This document shows, in pieces, positions 62,030 to 64,000 of a stretch of DNA of 64,000 nucleotides. The first letter of the stretch is position 1, and every line of letters starts with the position of its first letter. Position numbers and translations under genes: made by a program. The notes beneath the pieces are model-generated. The model did no database searches, was not told where the DNA came from, and was given only the letters and a program-made list of their open reading frames with translations. The stretch covers positions 832,001-896,000 of the forward strand of contig OZ252243.1 in the NCBI GenBank assembly GCA_965249555.1. The letters run 5' to 3'. This DNA comes from Nitrosopumilus sp. (lineage in GTDB: Archaea; Thermoproteota; Nitrososphaeria; Nitrososphaerales; Nitrosopumilaceae).

Positions 62030-62926
62030 TTAAAACAGCGTACTAAGCCCTTCTTCTAACTTCGTAACAGATTCCCAATCCAGTGTCTTTTTTGTTAATG
62101 TTACATCAGCTTGACTATTTTTAACATCACCATCTGGAAGTTTATCAAAAACAGGTTCAATTTCTTTTCCAGATATTTTAATCATCAAATATGCAAGATC
62201 TTTAATTGAAATTACAATTCCCGTTCCAATATTAAAAAAATCATGATCAATAGAACTATTCATTGCAGCAAGATTAGCTCTTGCAACATCTTTAACAAAA
62301 ATGAAATCTCTAATTTGAGAACCATCACCAAAAATTATTGGTGGTTTGCCGACAGAAATATTTTCTAAAAATTTAGTTATTACACCTGCATAATCCAAAG
62401 TTTGTCCTAATCCATACACATTGAAATAGCGTAATCCAATAATTTGTACACCTAATTTAGAATATTTTTCAGCTAAATATTCATCTTCAAGTTTTGTTAA
62501 TCCATATGGATTAATTGGTTTGCGTTCAAAATCTTCTGTAATTGGAATTTTGTCAATATTACCATAAACACTAGAGCTGCTAGCATAAACAACTTTAATT
62601 TTGAATTCTTTTGCGATTTTGAAAATATTTTCTGTTCCAGTGATGTTTACCTTTTTGTATTCATCTTCTTTTTCATAAGACTCTGGTACTGAAGTTAGAG
62701 CTGCTTGATGAAAAATTCCATCAACATTTTGGAGAGCACTCCTTATCTTTTCATAATCCAAAATATCTAGTTTGACAAGATGAATTTTATCCTGTATTCC
62801 TTCTAAATTTGACATTCTTCCTCTAAACAGATTATCAATTACTGTAACATCATGTCCCTCAGTTACAAGATGTCTCACAAGATGACTTCCAATAAACCCA
62901 GTACCACCTGTAACAGCAAAATTCAT
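62030..62926 (-). CDS. NAD-dependent epimerase/dehydratase
   Basis: TGGTGFIGS, HQAA, YGLTK and RYFNVYG motifs. Confidence 0.93.
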   Translation of the reverse strand: MNFAVTGGTGFIGSHLVRHLVTEGHDVTVIDNLFRGRMSNLEGIQDKIHLVKLDILDYEKIRSALQNVDGIFHQAALTSVPESYEKEDEYKKVNITGTENIFKIAKEFKIKVVYASSSSVYGNIDKIPITEDFERKPINPYGLTKLEDEYLAEKYSKLGVQIIGLRYFNVYGLGQTLDYAGVITKFLENISVGKPPIIFGDGSQIRDFIFVKDVARANLAAMNSSIDHDFFNIGTGIVISIKDLAYLMIKISGKEIEPVFDKLPDGDVKNSQADVTLTKKTLDWESVTKLEEGLSTLF

Positions 62927-63032
62927 GAGAAATTATGATATTTAGACATGTTTAAGCCTTCAGAAATACTCGAAATGAACAAATTAATAAACTGAAATAA
63001 ATGCAACAAATCAAAAATAGAGTGTAAGATAG

Positions 63033-64000
63033 ATGAATCAAGAAAAGATTTTTTCATTAGAACTTAATGAAATTAAAAAATTAATCGATAAAAATGAAAC
63101 ATCCGTTTGTGTAATTGGAATTGGGAGAATAGGTTTACCAACAGCATTATCATTTGCAAAATCAGGTTTTAGAACGGTAGGTGTAGATATTAATGAAGAA
63201 TTAATAAATAAAATCAAAAATAAAGATTTTCCATTAAAAGATGAACCTGGATATCAAGAGATTTTTGAAAAGGTAATTAGTAATGGAAAGTTTACAGTCA
63301 CTACAAAAATTGAAGATGTGATACCTAATTCTCAGATAATTCTTTTATCACTTCCCACACCAATGGACAAAAATAATGTTCCAGATTATACTGCATTAAG
63401 AACAGTTGCAAAACAGTTAAAAAATTTAGTTGTTTCTGGTTCGATAATAATTGTTGAAAGTACAATTGAACCAGGTTTTATTGAAAATGAGTTTATTGAT
63501 CTAATAGAAAATAAAGAACAAGAAATTAAAGCTGGTGAGGATGTTGGGATTGGCGTATGTCCTGAAACTGCTAATCCTGGTGAAATCATGAAAGATTTTG
63601 AAAAACTTCCTAGACTAGTAGGAGCTACGGATGTAAAAACTACAGAAATAATTACAGAAATTTACAAACATGTTTTCCCAGTAGAGTTGATAAAGATGCC
63701 AAACTGTAAAACTGCAAATGCAGTAAAACTTACAACAAATATTTTTCGTGATGTGAATATAGCATTTGTAAATGAATTAGCAATACTGTTTGAGAAACTA
63801 GGTATAGATATTAAGACAGTTCTAGAAGCAGCAGATAAAAAATATAATTTTCAAATTCATTTTCCAGGAGCTGGAGTTGGAGGCCCATGTTTACCAGTAA
63901 ATTCATATCAAATGCTAAATTCCGCAAAAGAAATTAGTGAAGATTTGCTAAAAATGGTGAAACTAGGCAGAGAAATCAACGAGTCTATGCCATATCATGT
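63033..64000 (+). CDS. Nucleotide-sugar (UDP-hexNAc) dehydrogenase, partial; runs off the window
   Basis: Manual translation: IGIGRIGLP, ESTIEPG, CPE, K...NIFRDVNIAF.NE and GVGGPCLP motifs; missing from the ORF track because it has no stop. Confidence 0.92.
   Translation, partial: MNQEKIFSLELNEIKKLIDKNETSVCVIGIGRIGLPTALSFAKSGFRTVGVDINEELINKIKNKDFPLKDEPGYQEIFEKVISNGKFTVTTKIEDVIPNSQIILLSLPTPMDKNNVPDYTALRTVAKQLKNLVVSGSIIIVESTIEPGFIENEFIDLIENKEQEIKAGEDVGIGVCPETANPGEIMKDFEKLPRLVGATDVKTTEIITEIYKHVFPVELIKMPNCKTANAVKLTTNIFRDVNIAFVNELAILFEKLGIDIKTVLEAADKKYNFQIHFPGAGVGGPCLPVNSYQMLNSAKEISEDLLKMVKLGREINESMPYH

Noticed and set aside
10289-63589. Numerous 60-170 aa antisense ORFs in the track
   Set aside because: Shadows of well-supported genes on the opposite strand
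1-64000. CRISPR array, cas genes, rRNA
   Set aside because: No regularly spaced direct repeats, Cas motifs or rRNA-like sequence seen

Overview
AT-rich archaeal DNA, most likely from an ammonia-oxidising Nitrosopumilaceae genome (inferred from the coxBA-cupredoxin-ctaA cluster, F420 enzymes and a DUF59-PqqD fusion). There are five blocks. (1) 1-9870: an accessory, defence-like island at the 3' end of tRNA-Lys. It holds a Panacea/YwgA-like gene + a cytosine-type thymidylate-synthase homologue + a variant Mug glycosylase, a mini SNase, a HEPN protein, an intact IS630 and a HipA-like kinase + DUF3037 pair. (2) 10-19.4 kb: core genes, including terminal oxidase and tRNA-Arg. (3) 19442-29018: a 1388-bp inverted repeat (dead IS110 plus the tail of the DDE IS it inserted into) flanking 6.8 kb with a stand-alone HerA-NurA pair, an adenine MTase, a nucleotidyl-cyclase-like gene and a decayed TA pair. 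The IS110 non-coding end carries a readable bridge-RNA-like structure whose guides match the actual insertion site around a CT core. (4) 29-33 kb: core genes. (5) 33.4-64 kb: a surface-glycan island with many tailoring enzymes and an IS6-derived passenger element. All calls come from reading motifs by eye; no database searches were run.
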